Part shown: positions 28,470-42,337 of the stretch, piece by piece
How the letters are laid out: the number at the start of each line of letters is the position of its first letter
How positions within the stretch are numbered: the stretch's first letter is position 1
NCBI RefSeq assembly: GCF_009914755.1
Contig: NC_060940.1
DNA from: the human T2T-CHM13v2.0 reference genome, Homo sapiens
Direction: 5' to 3' (one strand)
DNA length: 64,000 nucleotides
Program-made: the position numbers and the translations under genes
Notes under the pieces: generated by a model
The model's database searches: none
The model's input: the letters and a program-made list of their open reading frames with translations, nothing else
What the model was told of the DNA's origin: nothing

Positions 28470-29597
28470 TTAATTCTATTTTATATGTCCAAAGGTGAAT
28501 TTGGGCTCTTCCATTCTTTTCTTCTATGATATTGACTAACCATTTAAATATATGGAAGCTTTTCACTTAGGCCTCCTTTTACCACCAGCAGTGTTGTGTA
28601 TTTTATTCTTCCATTCCCTTATAATGATTTTGTCCAACTCTCTTCTCCTTAGGACGTGGGTTTTCTTTCTGCTTTTAATGTAATTTTACATTTAACCAGA
28701 GAAGGCTTGCTTGGGCTGCTTCGTTTTACTGATGTCTTATTTAATAAATCAAAACCACCACTACCTTCTGAGATTAAGTCCAGCCAATGCTCCATTTCTT
28801 ATTAGGATGAGAACGTCTGTAACCTTCCCCCTGCTAGGATGCCACAAGACAACTTTGCATTTAGTGATGGTGTCCTGGAAGTTACAGGGAATTAGATCCA
28901 ACTCAATTTGACTCACTTTGATCCGAGCCTCTTAACATAATTTTCAAGTGTTTGACCCAATCAGGATCATGAAGTGGAAAATTTGAGAAAACCTGATTAC
29001 TGAGGGTTTTTTTAAAAAAAAAGAAAAAAAAGAAAGAAATCAAAAGGACTGTTGGAAGATGTTTAAAGAAATGACACTGCATGGGAAACATCACAGTGTG
29101 TGAGTCAAGTTGCTTCAGAATCAGTCGACCAGAAAGGCACCTTGTTGTTGACTCTGCTGAGAGGACACACTTTAACAGGCAGGAGGACGGTGATCCTGCC
29201 GAGAGAAACAGAACGGAGCCGATCACAGTGTTAGCAACTTTCTCCTCAGAAGAGCTTCTTAGCTGAGCAGCTCCGCGGAAACCTTTTTGAGGTTGATGTC
29301 GATGGCATTGGGTCCCATAGAGTTAGTGAAGCCTTATCATGGAGGAAGACCTTGGCCAGAGGAAGTTCCGATGAATTTCTTGCTGATTCAGTAATCCTCA
29401 TAACAACGCCATGAGGTTAATGGAATTATCCCCAAGTTGAAGGTACAGAAACTGAGGCTCAGAGATTTAAATAATTTACTTAGCAATGACACACAGCCAT
29501 GACACACAGTTCGTTCTTCACATTAGTCATTTAGATCCCAGAGCCTGAGCTCTTTGTCATAAATAGGAACCTTAGATATCATATAGTCTAAATCTTC

Positions 29598-29857
29598 GCC
29601 TGCCTGCCTTCCTTCCTTTTCTTTTCTTCCTTTCTTTTCCTTCCTCCTTCCTTCCCTGTCCTTCTTCCCTCCCTTCCTTCCCTCCCTTCCTTTCTTTCTT
29701 CCTCCCTCCTTCCCTTTTTCCTTTCCATTATCTTCCTTTCTTCCTTCCTCTCCTCCCTCATTCCTTCCCTCCCTCCCTCCTTTCCTCCTCTCTTTCCTTC
29801 TTTCCTTCCTCCCCTGTCTCCTTTCTTCCCTCCCTCTCTTCTTTCTCCCTTCCTTTT
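29598..29857. repeat. Polypyrimidine (CCTT/CCCT) tract
   Basis: Seen directly. Confidence 0.9.
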
Positions 29858-29884
29858 AGCCTGTAAGATGATGTTGTAGTATTA

Positions 29885-30660
29885 TAGTCTTCAAAGATAC
29901 ATCCATGAATAAATGAAATAAAAGTCCTTGCTCTCATGCAGCTCACATCCTTGGTGCTCATAAGTGAAAAACGACAGATTAAGCAGAGTCAGGCATGTTT
30001 GGTGTGTGGAGCTGCAAGTTTAAATAGGGGGTCTAGATAGAAACCGGTGCAAAGGCCCTGTGGCTGCAGCTACTGGGTCCCTGGCATGTTTGAATAACAG
30101 CAAGGAGACCATTGGGCCTAGCACAGAGGGAGCAAAGGGGAGATAGGAGGAGGAGAGGCTAAAGAGGTTACTCGTGGCAAGCTCTTGTAGGGATTTTGCT
30201 ATGAGAAAAATCCATTGCAAGGGATTTGGGACACAGTGACGAGACTGACTTCCATTTTCAAAGGGACACTCTGGCTGTTGTGTTTTAGAGTAATGGCAGA
30301 ACCAAAAAGACCAGTTAGAAAGCCAGTGAGGAAATCCAGACCAGAGAGATGTTTGTCACTCATGTTAGGATGGAGGCAGTTAAGGCAAGGAGAAGTGCCA
30401 GATTCAGGTTATGTTCTGAAGGTAGGGACAAAATAACTTCCCAGTGGATGGCAAGTGGAGTGTGAGAATAACTGAGCAGTAGAGCTCAGCTCTGTGGATG
30501 GGGCCTATGCATTAGGAAGAATGCAATGCCATCAACGGAGATGGGGAAGCTATTGTAGCTCATTTCGATAGTCTGGAAAATGCTTAGCTTTGGACTTTTT
30601 GATTTTGAGACATCCATTAGACATCTGCATGGAGAGGTCTATAGTTTAGGATAAAAGTGT
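29885..30660. mobile_element. L2 fragment
   Basis: 'gtgcaaaggccctgtggc', 'catgtttgaataacagcaaggagacc', 'tttgagacatccattagacatc'. Confidence 0.65.
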
Positions 30661-30769
30661 GTAATGTAAAGCCAGTTTTTTCGTAACATCTACTTCTCTT
30701 TCTCTCTATATTAGATATTTCTCTTTAGCTCACTTTTACAATGAGGACCTGTTTTCTTTAAATCTACTT

Positions 30770-32420
30770 TAAAAAATTAACAGATAATGCACATATCATA
30801 AAATTAGCCATTTTATAGTGTAATATTTGTGTTTTTAACAGATTTACAAGATTTCACTACCATCAACACTATCTAATTCTAAAATATTTTCATCACCCCC
30901 AGAAGAAACCCTAAACATATGAATAGTCACTCTGTATTCCTGCCTCCCCTGAGGGCCTGGCATCTATGAATCTACTTTCTGTCTCTATAGATTTGCCTAT
31001 TCTGAGCATTCCATAAAAATCGCATTATATACTATGTGGCCTTTTGTGTCTGGCTTTTTTTTTGGTTAGCACAATATTTTCTTTTTCTTTTTTTTTTTTT
31101 TTTGCATTTTTAAAATTATTATACATTAAGTTCTGGGATACATGTGAAGAACGTCCAGGTTTCTTACGTAGGTATACATGTGCAATGGTGGTTTGCTGCA
31201 CCCATCAACCCGTCATCTACATTAGGTATTTATCCTAATGCTATTTCTCTCCTAGCCCTCCACCCCATGACAGGCCCCGGTGTGTAATGTTCCCCTCCCT
31301 CTGTCCATGTGTTCTCATTGTTCAACTCCCACTTAAGACTGAGAACATGCAGTGTTTGGTTTTCTGTTCTTGTGTTAGTTTGCTGAGAATGATGGTTTCC
31401 AGCTTCATCCATGTCCCTGCAAAGGACATGAACTCATCCTTTTTTATGGCTGCGTAGTATTCCATGGTGTATATGGTTAGCACAATATTTTCAATGGTGT
31501 TCGTGTTGTACCATGTATTACCACTTCATTCTTTTTCACTAGCGAATAATATTCCATCAAAGGAATATACTGCATTTTGATTATCTATTCATCATTTGAT
31601 GGGCATTAGCATTGTACCTGCTATTTTGCTATTATGAATCATGCTGCAGTGAGCATTCATGCACAAGCTTTTATGTGCATAGATATTTCCAATTCTTGTG
31701 GGTATGTATGTAGCAATGGGATGGCTGGTCAAGTGGTAACTACATATTTAACTTTTTGAGAAACTGCCAGACTGACTTTCATAGCAGTTACACTGTTCTA
31801 CATTGACACCAGCAATGCATGAAAGTTCCAATTTCTCTGCATTCCTGCCAAGATTTGTAATTGTGTGTCTTCTTGATTATAGTGATCTTGGTGGGTGTGA
31901 AGTGGTATATTATTGTGATTTTGATTTGTATTTCCCTAATGACTAATGATGTTGAACATCTTTGCATATGCTTATTAGTCATTTGAATATCTTCTTTGGA
32001 CAAATGCCTATTGAAGTTCTTTGCCAATTTTTAAATTGGGGCATTTAACTTTTTAGTGGTGAGTTTTAAGGATTCTTTATATATGAATATCATCTGTATG
32101 ACTAGCAAATGTTTTCTCCCATTCTTTGGCTTTTCTTTCCACATTCTTATTAGTGTCTTTTGATGCATAAAAGTTATTAATTTTGATGAAATCCAATGTA
32201 TCTATTTTTTATTAAGATATACACCTGTGTTTTCTTCTAAGAGTTTTACAGTTTCCGCTTTTACATTTAGATCTTTGATGCATTTTGAAATATGTTTTGT
32301 ATATCATGTAAGATAGGACCCTAAATTCATTCTTTTGCATGTAGATATTCAATTGCCCCAGCACCACTGTTACAAAGACTATTTCTTCTCTAATGAATAG
32401 TCTAGGCATCCTTGTCAAGC
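30770..32420 (-). mobile_element. L1MB-type fragment with a nested L1PA
   Basis: 'tctactttctgtctctatagatttgcctattctg' and 'atttccctaatgactaatgatgttgaacatc'. Confidence 0.85.
31081..31473 (-). mobile_element. L1PA (PA7-like) 3' end
   Basis: 18-bp TSD tggttagcacaatatttt at 31063-31080 and 31474-31491. Confidence 0.92.
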
Positions 32421-32778
32421 ATTCTCTGAATTTGCTTTATAGATTATTTCCAACTCCCCTATTTAGTACAAGAAGTATATAGAGCAGATATGTTTTTTAT
32501 ATGAACACAAGAAAGCAGGTACACATATATATGGGTATACAGTCATATATACATATATGTGTGTATATGTATATAAATATAATTTTCATATGATCTTTAA
32601 AAGACCATAATCTTTTTGTTTTCTACCTTCATAAAAGATGAAGCTCCAACTTTGTAACTCTAGGTAGTTGAGATTTGGAGATAGGGCTAAATATGGGCAA
32701 ATTGTTATGATTGTAGTACATTCCATACAGTAGTTATTAAATTAATTCTGTACTACAAAGACTCATCTTCTAATGGAA

Positions 32779-33020
32779 CTCACTCATACCTTCCCTTTTA
32801 TGGCAGTCTTCCCTATTATTGTAAAAACTTGTTGAAGAAAAGCATCATTTGGCTCAGCGAAAATATTAACTGTAGCAATGGAAAGATAAACCATTTAAAA
32901 AAACATGGTTTATCTTTCCATTGCTACAGTTAATATTTTCGCTGAGCCAAATGATGCTTTTCTTCAACAAGTTTTTACAATAATAGGGAAGACTGCCATA
33001 AAAGGGAAGGTATGAGTGAG
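32779..33020. repeat. Perfect palindrome: 116-bp arms, 10-nt spacer
   Basis: 32779-32894 is the exact reverse complement of 32905-33020; spacer ttaaaaaaac. Confidence 0.98.
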
Positions 33021-33359
33021 ACATGGATGAAATTGGAAACCATCATTCTCAGTAAACTATTGCAAGAACAAAAAACCAAACACCGCATATTCTCACTCAT
33101 AGGTGGGAATTGAACAATGAGATCACATGGACACAGGAAGGGGAATATCACACTCTGGGGACGGTGGTGGGGTCGGGGGAGGGGGGAGGGATAGCATTGG
33201 GAGATATACCTAATGCTAGATGACACATTAGTGGGTGCAGCGCACCAGCATGGCACATGTATACATATGTAACTAACCTGCACAATGTGCACATGTACCC
33301 TAAAACTTAGAGTATAATAAAAAAATAAAAATAAAAAAAAAAATAAAAAAAAATAAAAA
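33021..33359 (+). mobile_element. L1HS-Ta, 5'-truncated (~295 bp plus poly(A))
   Basis: Ta diagnostics: ACA at 33225-33227 (gatgacACAttagtg) and G at 33310 (aaacttaGagtat); long A tail. Confidence 0.95.
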
Positions 33360-33555
33360 CAGGCTGCAGGAAGACATGGAGAAGGGAAGTCTTGATCTCT
33401 CTGGGTATGTTTAGGCCAGCAGATAAAGCTTACTTTTATTTTAGCATATCAGAACTGGAAAAACCTTAAGATGATCTCTTCTCGAGGATTATTCATCTGA
33501 GGGATTGGGGCTCTGAGAAGGAAGATGGAACAGTGCAGCAGAATGGAAAGCAGGT

Positions 33556-33916
33556 TGTATTAGTCTGTTCTCACGCTGCTAATAAAGACATACCGGAGAC
33601 TGTGTAATTTATAAAGGAGAGAGGCTGAATGGACTCCCAGTTCCACATGGCTGGGGTAGCCTTACAGTTATGGTGGAAGGCAAAGGGAAAGCAAGACACA
33701 TCTTACATGGCAGCAGGCAAGAGATTGTGTGCAGGAACTCCCCTTTATAAAACCATCAGATCTCATGAAACGTATTCACTATCATGAGAACAGCATGGGA
33801 AAGACCTGCCCTCATGATTCAATTACCTCCCACCGGGCCCCTTTCACAATATGCGGGGAATATGGGAGCTATAATACAAGATGAGATTTGGGTGGGGACA
33901 CAGCCAAACCATATCA
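33556..33916 (-). mobile_element. THE1 (B-like) solo LTR
   Basis: tgtattagtc...ccatatca termini; TSD caggt. Confidence 0.92.
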
Positions 33917-34429
33917 CAGGTGGAAGTTGGAGTTGCACAAACTTTGAACCTCATTTTCATCATTTTATTTTTCTCTTTGACCTTGGGCAAGTGACTTTAC
34001 TTACCCAAACTTGTACTTGTCCATTAGTGAAATGACATGATAATACTTGTACTGCAGATCTGTAGAACAAAATATGTTTAGCACCTAATTTAATACCTGA
34101 CACAGAAGAAGCATCCCATGCAAATATGCTGTTATTATTACACTTGTTACTTAATTTCTACAAGACCTTTTGCTTAAGAATGTCTACTCAGCTTACAGAT
34201 ATTGGCTAGGACATCACTGCTCAAAAAAAAAAAAATCTTACAAAGCACTGTTTCTCAACCCCACATACACATGAGCCTCCATTCCATATTTGTGGGTTCT
34301 ACATCCCATGTACTCAGAAAACCAAGCACCTTTCTTCCTATTTCTCAGTAGTTTACAATCACACAAACACACACACACACACACACCACCCTGACTTTAA
34401 ACAAATGTTCGTTACTATTTTTTCTCTTC

Positions 34430-34950
34430 TTTATTAAAATAAAAAATAAATGCAATAAAAGTCATTCATCATGGGGTACAGTTCTGTGAGTTTTGCCAAA
34501 CACTATAATGTAGCCACCACCAAAATCAAGATACAGAACAGGCTTATCACCCCCTAAATTTCCTCATCCCCTTTTGTAGTCAGTCCTCTCCACGTCCAGC
34601 CTTTGGCATGTACTAATCTGTTTTTTATCTATAAAGTTAGCTTTTTCTGAAATATAAAAATGCAGTCATGCAGCCTTTGAGTATGGGTTTCGTCACTAAA
34701 AACACACTTGAAATTCATCCATGTTGTTGTGTGTATTGGTAGTTTCCTGATTTTAATTGCTGAGTAGTATTCTATTGAATTGATATACCATGATTTGTTA
34801 TCCTTTCACCCCTCAGAAGCTGTGTGGATTGCTATCAGATTTGGGTGATTATAAATAAAGCCACTCTGACCATTCATGTACAGATTTTTGTGAGACTATA
34901 ACTGTTCATTTTACTTGGAGGAAAAGTCCAAGATTAGAATTTCTGGGCCT
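34430..34950 (-). mobile_element. L1M fragment
   Basis: 'ccaccaccaaaatcaagatacagaaca' and 'aattcatccatgttgttg'. Confidence 0.7.
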
Positions 34951-35096
34951 ATCTGCAGAATTTTATTTTTTTTTTAAAGTAGAAGAATTATCTGAGGCAG
35001 ATGTAATAAAATGTAGGTTTGACAATGTGGATTGAGTGAGCGCAGGTGGTCTTCATATTATTCTGCATATTTTTCGTATGCTTAAAACATTTTATT

Positions 35097-35392
<296 letters not shown>

Positions 35393-35977
35393 TTAAAAAC
35401 AAACCTCACAACCTGTGCAATGTAAGTCAAGCAAACAATCCAGATGAAATAGGAACTGTTGATTTTGTCAAGGTATACACATGGCCCTTTAACTGTAATA
35501 AAATTCTTTTCTACCTATCAATAGAATAATTCTTAGACATATCACTGAAACCTTCTAATGATTCTGAGTAGAAATGGATTAATCTTATCTATAGCTGACA
35601 AGGCAGCCCCTTGGGATGATGCGAATCTCTCTGTGTGGTTCCACCTTCCAGGTACTACTGGAGTCACTTTACATAGATGCCCATGAGTCTCTTACTGGTC
35701 CACCTTCTTTCTGCTTTCATTATCTATCTCCCTGCTGCCTCCACTTTACCCAGGTGCCATCTTCACCCAGTTATTGCTCTTCCTTTATACTTGGTCTTCC
35801 AAAAAGAACTTTGTAGTCACTGAGAGGAGAATTTCCAAAGCATCAAACTCTCATGTGAATATACACATAACAATATCCCAGACCACCATTTCTACCAGGG
35901 CAGGGGAGGAGGATTACAAGAAAAGAGGGAGGAAACAGGGAGCCTGTTGGGGCTAAGCCAGAACAAAAAGGTGGAGG

Positions 35978-36422
35978 ACAATAGCAAAGATATGGAATCA
36001 ACCTAGATGCTCATTGACAGTGGATCGGATAATGAAAATGTGCATATACACCGTGCAATACTACACAGGCATAAAAAAGGAACAAAAGCATGTTCTTTGC
36101 AGCAACATGGATGCAGTTGGAGGCCATTATTCTAAGCAAACTAACATAGAAACTGAAAACCAAATATTGCATGTTCCCGCTTATAAGCAGGAGCTAAACA
36201 CTGAGTACATAAAGACACAAAGATGGAAACAACAGACACCAGGATCTACTTGAGGGAGGAGGATGTGAAGAGAGCTGGGGTTAAAAAACTACCTGTCTGG
36301 TACTATGCTCACTACCTGGGTGATGGGATCATTTGTACACCAAATCTCAGCAACACACAATGTACCATGTAACAAACCTGCACAGGTACTCCCTGAATCT
36401 AAAATAAACATTAAAAAAAAAA
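35978..36422 (+). mobile_element. Older L1PA 3' end
   Basis: 'ttgcagcaacatggatgcagttggaggccattatt' and 'gtaacaaacctgcac'. Confidence 0.85.
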
Positions 36423-37119
36423 GAGGTGAAGGAGCAGGAAACCATATCCTATCACATAATTGTCAGGCCTCAAGAAGTTGGGTGGCCCCCACCTACAGTC
36501 TAGAAAGGTAACGATGGGGACACTTTCAGGCAGGAAATTCTTTTCACAAAACGCCTTTGGATTATGCTTTGGAAAATTGCATTAGCTGTGGTGGTGATAA
36601 ATAGTCTTTTAAAGTCACAAAACATTCATCAGCTGAACACTCAGACCCTTCAGGTAGCACAGAGAGTGAACATTGACGGGAAACATGAAATATGGGCCAG
36701 TCCACCATCCACTAACTAAAATGTTTTATCTGGTAATCACTCTGGAGCAAGATTTATTTTTGGTTTCAAAAACATCTTTTTAGTTTAAATTAGATTCAAG
36801 GGATCCTCTCTCTCCATCATCTGACGTCCTGGCGTTTAGCATTTTTGGGCGCTCTTTTTTTCATTAACCCTCTCATAATCATCTTCCAATCAAGTGTTTC
36901 CAAAAAGAAAATTACAAGTGGAGCTGAACAATAATTATGAATTCCACTGAAAGTTTGGGCTGATGGTAGGCTTTGAGGGAAGTGGGCTGAGTTCTTTAAT
37001 GACAGGAATTATGAAGAAGTCTGATATAGAATTTGAATTTCCTTTTCCCAACATCATCCCAGGTATTCTTGACTCGCATTGCAAAGCTCAGCTTGGGCAT
37101 TACTTCTACTATGGAACCA

Positions 37120-37400
37120 TTTTTTTGTTTTTGTTGTTGTAGTTGCGAGACAGGGCCTTGATCTGTTGCCTAGGTTGGAGTACAGCGGCACAATTATAGC
37201 TCTCTGCAGCCTTGACTTCAGTCTCCAGAATAACTGGGACTACAGGTACATGCCATCATGCCTGGCTAATTTTTATATTTTTCATAGAGATGAGGTCTCG
37301 CTACATTGCACAGGCTGATCTTGAGCTCCTGAGCTCAAGTGACCCTCCTCTCTCAGCCTCCCAGAGTGCTGGGATTACAGATGTGAGCTACCATGCCCGA
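37120..37400 (-). mobile_element. AluJ with an internal deletion
   Basis: 'gagatgaggtctcgctacattgcacaggctg' J-type motif. Confidence 0.85.
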
Positions 37401-37973
37401 AAAGAAACATTTTTGTTTGTTTGTTTGCTTCTGCCCACTCCACCCAGACAGAATTACATACTTCTTCTCCTGGACCCCAACAGCTCTCTGTTGTGCCTTC
37501 CTTGAAGCCATCCATCACTTGACTTGAGGTCCTTTCTCCAGCATTTTCCTCCTGCCCTTGGATACCCGGTGTTCATTTCAGTTGTGGTTGAATTCCTTCT
37601 GCCTTTGCTAGTGTCCAGCATGCAGCAGACACTCACGAAACACTCGGTGAAGAAATGAAGTCATCTTTCTGTGTGTAGTCTGCTTGTTTGGATCCTGAGA
37701 GAGTGAAAAAGAAAAGCCTCCAAGAGGCAAGTAGGCAAGTAATGAGAGAGGAAAGAGGAAAAGAAAGAGAAAATTGCATCCCATGACAAATCTCATTGAA
37801 CACCATTTTTAATATAATGGGAAAGGATTCAAAGAGAAACTTTAAAGGGGAAAAGAATCTTAATGATAGGAAACAAAAATCATTACACATCACATGGCAA
37901 GCTGACATCGCATGGCAGAATGACAAATCCTAGAAAGAGATTAATTTCTCTATTAATGTGTAGATTTACTTAG

Positions 37974-38306
<333 letters not shown>

Positions 38307-38729
38307 CTCTTCTCATGCAATTCTGTTTTGCTTTTGAATATAGTCGTTTCATTCTGTTAAAACAACTGAAATATAACAATACCTTAAATTTAACTCTGAG
38401 TACCTCAGTCTCTCTTTGTCTCTCTCTTCCCCCCTTCCCCCATTCTACGCTATGAGTTTTTAAACATCACCAATGTGTTGGTTCTTCATCAGATTTTCTG
38501 AAGTATCACATATTTTGGAGGACCCAGTTTGGAACTCCACATAGGATTGTATTTATTTGTATGTGCTTGAAGAAAAGTAATGTTGAAATAAAATTCTTCA
38601 GAGAATATTTCCACTGTTCCTTGAATTTACTTGAGTGGGGTATATTCAAATGCATTGTAATATCTCCTCTGATCGCCATCAACATCCATGGGCTCTATTT
38701 ATTTTGGGTTGAGTCTGTATCTGTATTTC

Positions 38730-39068
<339 letters not shown>

Positions 39069-39119
39069 ATGAGTCTGCATTTCTATAGCTTCAGAATCAG
39101 ACACATAGGTGGTATCAAA

Positions 39120-39285
39120 TAGCATTTTTTAATTTTAATTTTTGTGAGTACATACTAAGTATGTATGTTTATGGGGTATATGAGATACTTCGACGCAGTC
39201 ATGCAATGTGCAATAGTTACATCATGGAAAATGGGTATCCATCTCCTCAAGCATTTATCCTTTGCATTACAAACAATCCAATTTG
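39120..39285 (-). mobile_element. L1MA 3' terminal fragment
   Basis: 'cctcaagcatttatcctttgcattacaaacaatccaat'. Confidence 0.75.
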
Positions 39286-39518
39286 GCACCATCCAGGAAA
39301 ACAGTAGTCCACATAAGTGATTTTGATATATTTTTATGTCTTTTCATTCAGTTTAGCCAACATTTGCTGAAATTTTGCCGCCTACGAGACACTGGGCTAG
39401 GCAAGATCCACAGGCTTAAAATGCAGAAGAATGAATCTGTAGGGGCATGGGTTTAACTGACCTCACCTTCTCCAAAACTGGATTAGCTCTGTATGCAAAA
39501 TCATTCCACATGAACATA

Positions 39519-39725
39519 CAGTAAGTGTGCACTTAACATCATTGACAGGTTCTCAGAAATTCCAGCTTCAAGTGAAATGACATACAGCAGGTCCTCGAAT
39601 ACCATTGATTGCTTCAGTGTCCTTTTGTATAATATTGATGGAAAAAAATGGTTTTATTCTAGTTCACTGCACTTAAGGTTGCAGTTTCCAAGAACCTATC
39701 AACAATATTAAGTGAGGATTTACTG
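39519..39725. mobile_element. TcMar-Tigger MITE (MER82-like)
   Basis: TIRs cagtaagtgtgcacttaac ... ttaagtgaggatttactg; 5' TA. Confidence 0.75.
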
Positions 39726-41223
39726 CACGCTCTAAAATTTTAAAAGAGAATAAAGTACTTGTTGTGAAAACACAGTTTTAAGATAATTCCCCCCAGCAAT
39801 TCTTCCTTTAAGACAGGTACCCTTAAATACATCATTTACAAGCTTCAGGAGGCACCCCTGAGCACACATATTAATAAGCCATAATTCCTGACCTCAAGGA
39901 GTGAAGCAAGAATTGCTAATGGCCTTGGGAGAAGTATATGGCTGGAGCTCCATCAGCAGAGAGAGGGGAGCTCAGCACAACCTGATGGTTAAGGAAAGTC
40001 TTCTTGGAAAAGCTCACCGATTTACATGCCAAATCTGCATATACATATTTTAATCATTATATACCTCCATCCATTTATTATGAAATGGAGGATCCTTAAA
40101 TGACCCATCTCAATGACTGCAGCCCCTCATTTTGGACACAAATTTCTAAGATGCTGTCAGATATTCTCCATATGTAGCATTTTGCATGTCTTCTCCAAGT
40201 ACCCTCAAACTGAGACACTTTGTTATATATACATTCAATAGCTTGCCGCCTTTTTTTATAATAAAGTGGTGTACCTGTGTCATTCAATTCTGTCTCCACC
40301 CATCTCCCACCTATCTCATTAATTCCTGGTTGGGCTAAGCAAGAAAACCCAATTGCAAACTTTTATAACTTGTGTTAAAGTGAAATTAGATAGTGTCAGA
40401 GTGAGGCTAAAGAACAAAGCAGATAGCACCTGTAATAGTCGTTTTCTTGTTTTATCTTCTTTTGGGGGCCAGAGGGTGGAAAGTGAGGTGGGAAGGGTCT
40501 AATTTCTTGGAGTACTTCACAGTTATGTACATTTCAAAGAGCTTTGTTTTTATACTCTCTATTTGGGGCAATAACCCAGTTTATTTATTTGTGGTTTATT
40601 TATTTATGCAACTCTAGGTCAGCAACAACCCTGAGAAAATGGGCATTGAGAAAGTTCTTGGTTGTTCCATTTTTCTTTCCCTCTATCTTTTTATTTCTAA
40701 TCACTGTTTAGGTTCCAAACATAAATTTAGAATCTACGGAGGTGAGGCTTCATGATACACAGTTACTAACTGATCAGTCAACCAGACTAGTAATATGAAC
40801 TTTAATCACCAAGAATCGCATTTACACATATTTATTTTTCCTTTCTTCTATTATTCACTGCATAGCCCTGGGAAGAAAAGTGCCATCATTGGGTCCCTGT
40901 CTATTTCACCCTTGGCAGCCTGTAAGAATATTTGAAATGCTCATGTCCAAAGACTGACCTAAAAGTACTCAGGAACTAGGGGCAAAGTTAACTGCCATCT
41001 GGTTCTCTCTGAAGGCTGTCAGTGATGACCTATTCTCTGCCTTTACATTTGATTTTCTCTGCAAACCTTCTGCCTACCATGGACATTTTTTTCCAGCCTC
41101 CATGCTCCGACTTTGGGCACAAGAAAAGAATTTCTACTAGACTAACTGCTAAAATACACAGAAATGATGCCAAAAGGTCTTTCTGTTCCTAACACCTCTA
41201 ATAGTGTTGGGCTATGAGTGGTG

Positions 41224-41888
41224 TTGCATTAGTTTTCTGTTGTGACTGTAACAATTTACCATAAACTTAGTAACTTAGGCTGGGCACGGTGGCTCATACC
41301 TCTAATCCCAACATTTTTGGAGGTCAAAGTGGGAGGATGGTTTGAGCTCAGGAGTTTGAGAATGGCCTGGGCAACAAAGGGAGACCCCGGCTCTATTTTT
41401 AATACTTTTTAGTAAAGAAGAAAAACCTTAGCAACTAAAAACAACATGAATTGATTATCTCACAGCATTGGAGGTCAGAATCCAAAATGGGTCTCACTGG
41501 ACTAACATCAAGGTGTCACTAAGGCTGTCTTCCTTTCTACAGGCTCTAATGGAGGAATTGTTTTCTTGCCTTTTCTATCTTCTAGAGGCTACTCACGTTC
41601 CCTAGCTTATAACCCTTCTATCTTCAAAGCCAGCAGTGTCCTGGCCAGTCAAGTCTGTCTCACATTGCCTCACTCTGACCCTCCACCCCAGCTCTTCTAT
41701 TCACCTGTAAAAATTGTTTTGATTACGATGAACCAAGAGAATCCAAGAGATAATGCAAGAGAATCTCCTTCTCTCAAGATCGACTGATTAGCAACCTTAA
41801 TTATGTTTGCAATTTTAATTCCTCTTTGCCAAGTTCTAGGGATTAGGACACAGACATCTTTGAAGCAGCATTATTTTACTGACCACAC
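41224..41888 (-). mobile_element. MLT1 MaLR LTR containing an Alu monomer (FLAM-like, + strand, 41278-41400)
   Basis: 'ctagggattaggacacagacatctttg'; single-arm Alu. Confidence 0.75.
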
Positions 41889-42127
41889 GTACTCAGTGCA
41901 TATGTGAAAAAAATTTTCTTCCTATGGAGAAGTTCACTGGGTTGGATTCCTTGGGACAGTTACTTGGCTTTGAGAAGAAAAAGTGAGGTCATGTTCTTTT
42001 TTTTGTCTTTTCTTGAACCAGAAATAAAAACACTTTCATGTCTATCTTAAGGACAGCCACAGCTTCAGAGCTCAGCCTGCCTCCTTGCAGCTAGCTGAAC
42101 ATGGACAAGCAATTGACACTCTCTGGA

Positions 42128-42337
42128 CCTGCACTATCCAATAGAACTTTCTGTGATGATGGGCATGTCCACATCTGTGCTGTCCCATCTGTAACTACTG
42201 GCTGCATGTGGCTCTTGAGGTCTTAAAACATGAGCAGTTAGAGAAACTAAATTGCCAATTTTATTTAGTTTTAGCGAATCTGAATTCAAATTTAAATAGC
42301 CACATGTGACTAGTGGCTGCCACATTATACAGAACAA
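42128..42337. mobile_element. MER3 hAT-Charlie MITE
   Basis: 'tccaatagaactttctgtgatgatgg...aaatagccacatgtgactagtggct'. Confidence 0.8.
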
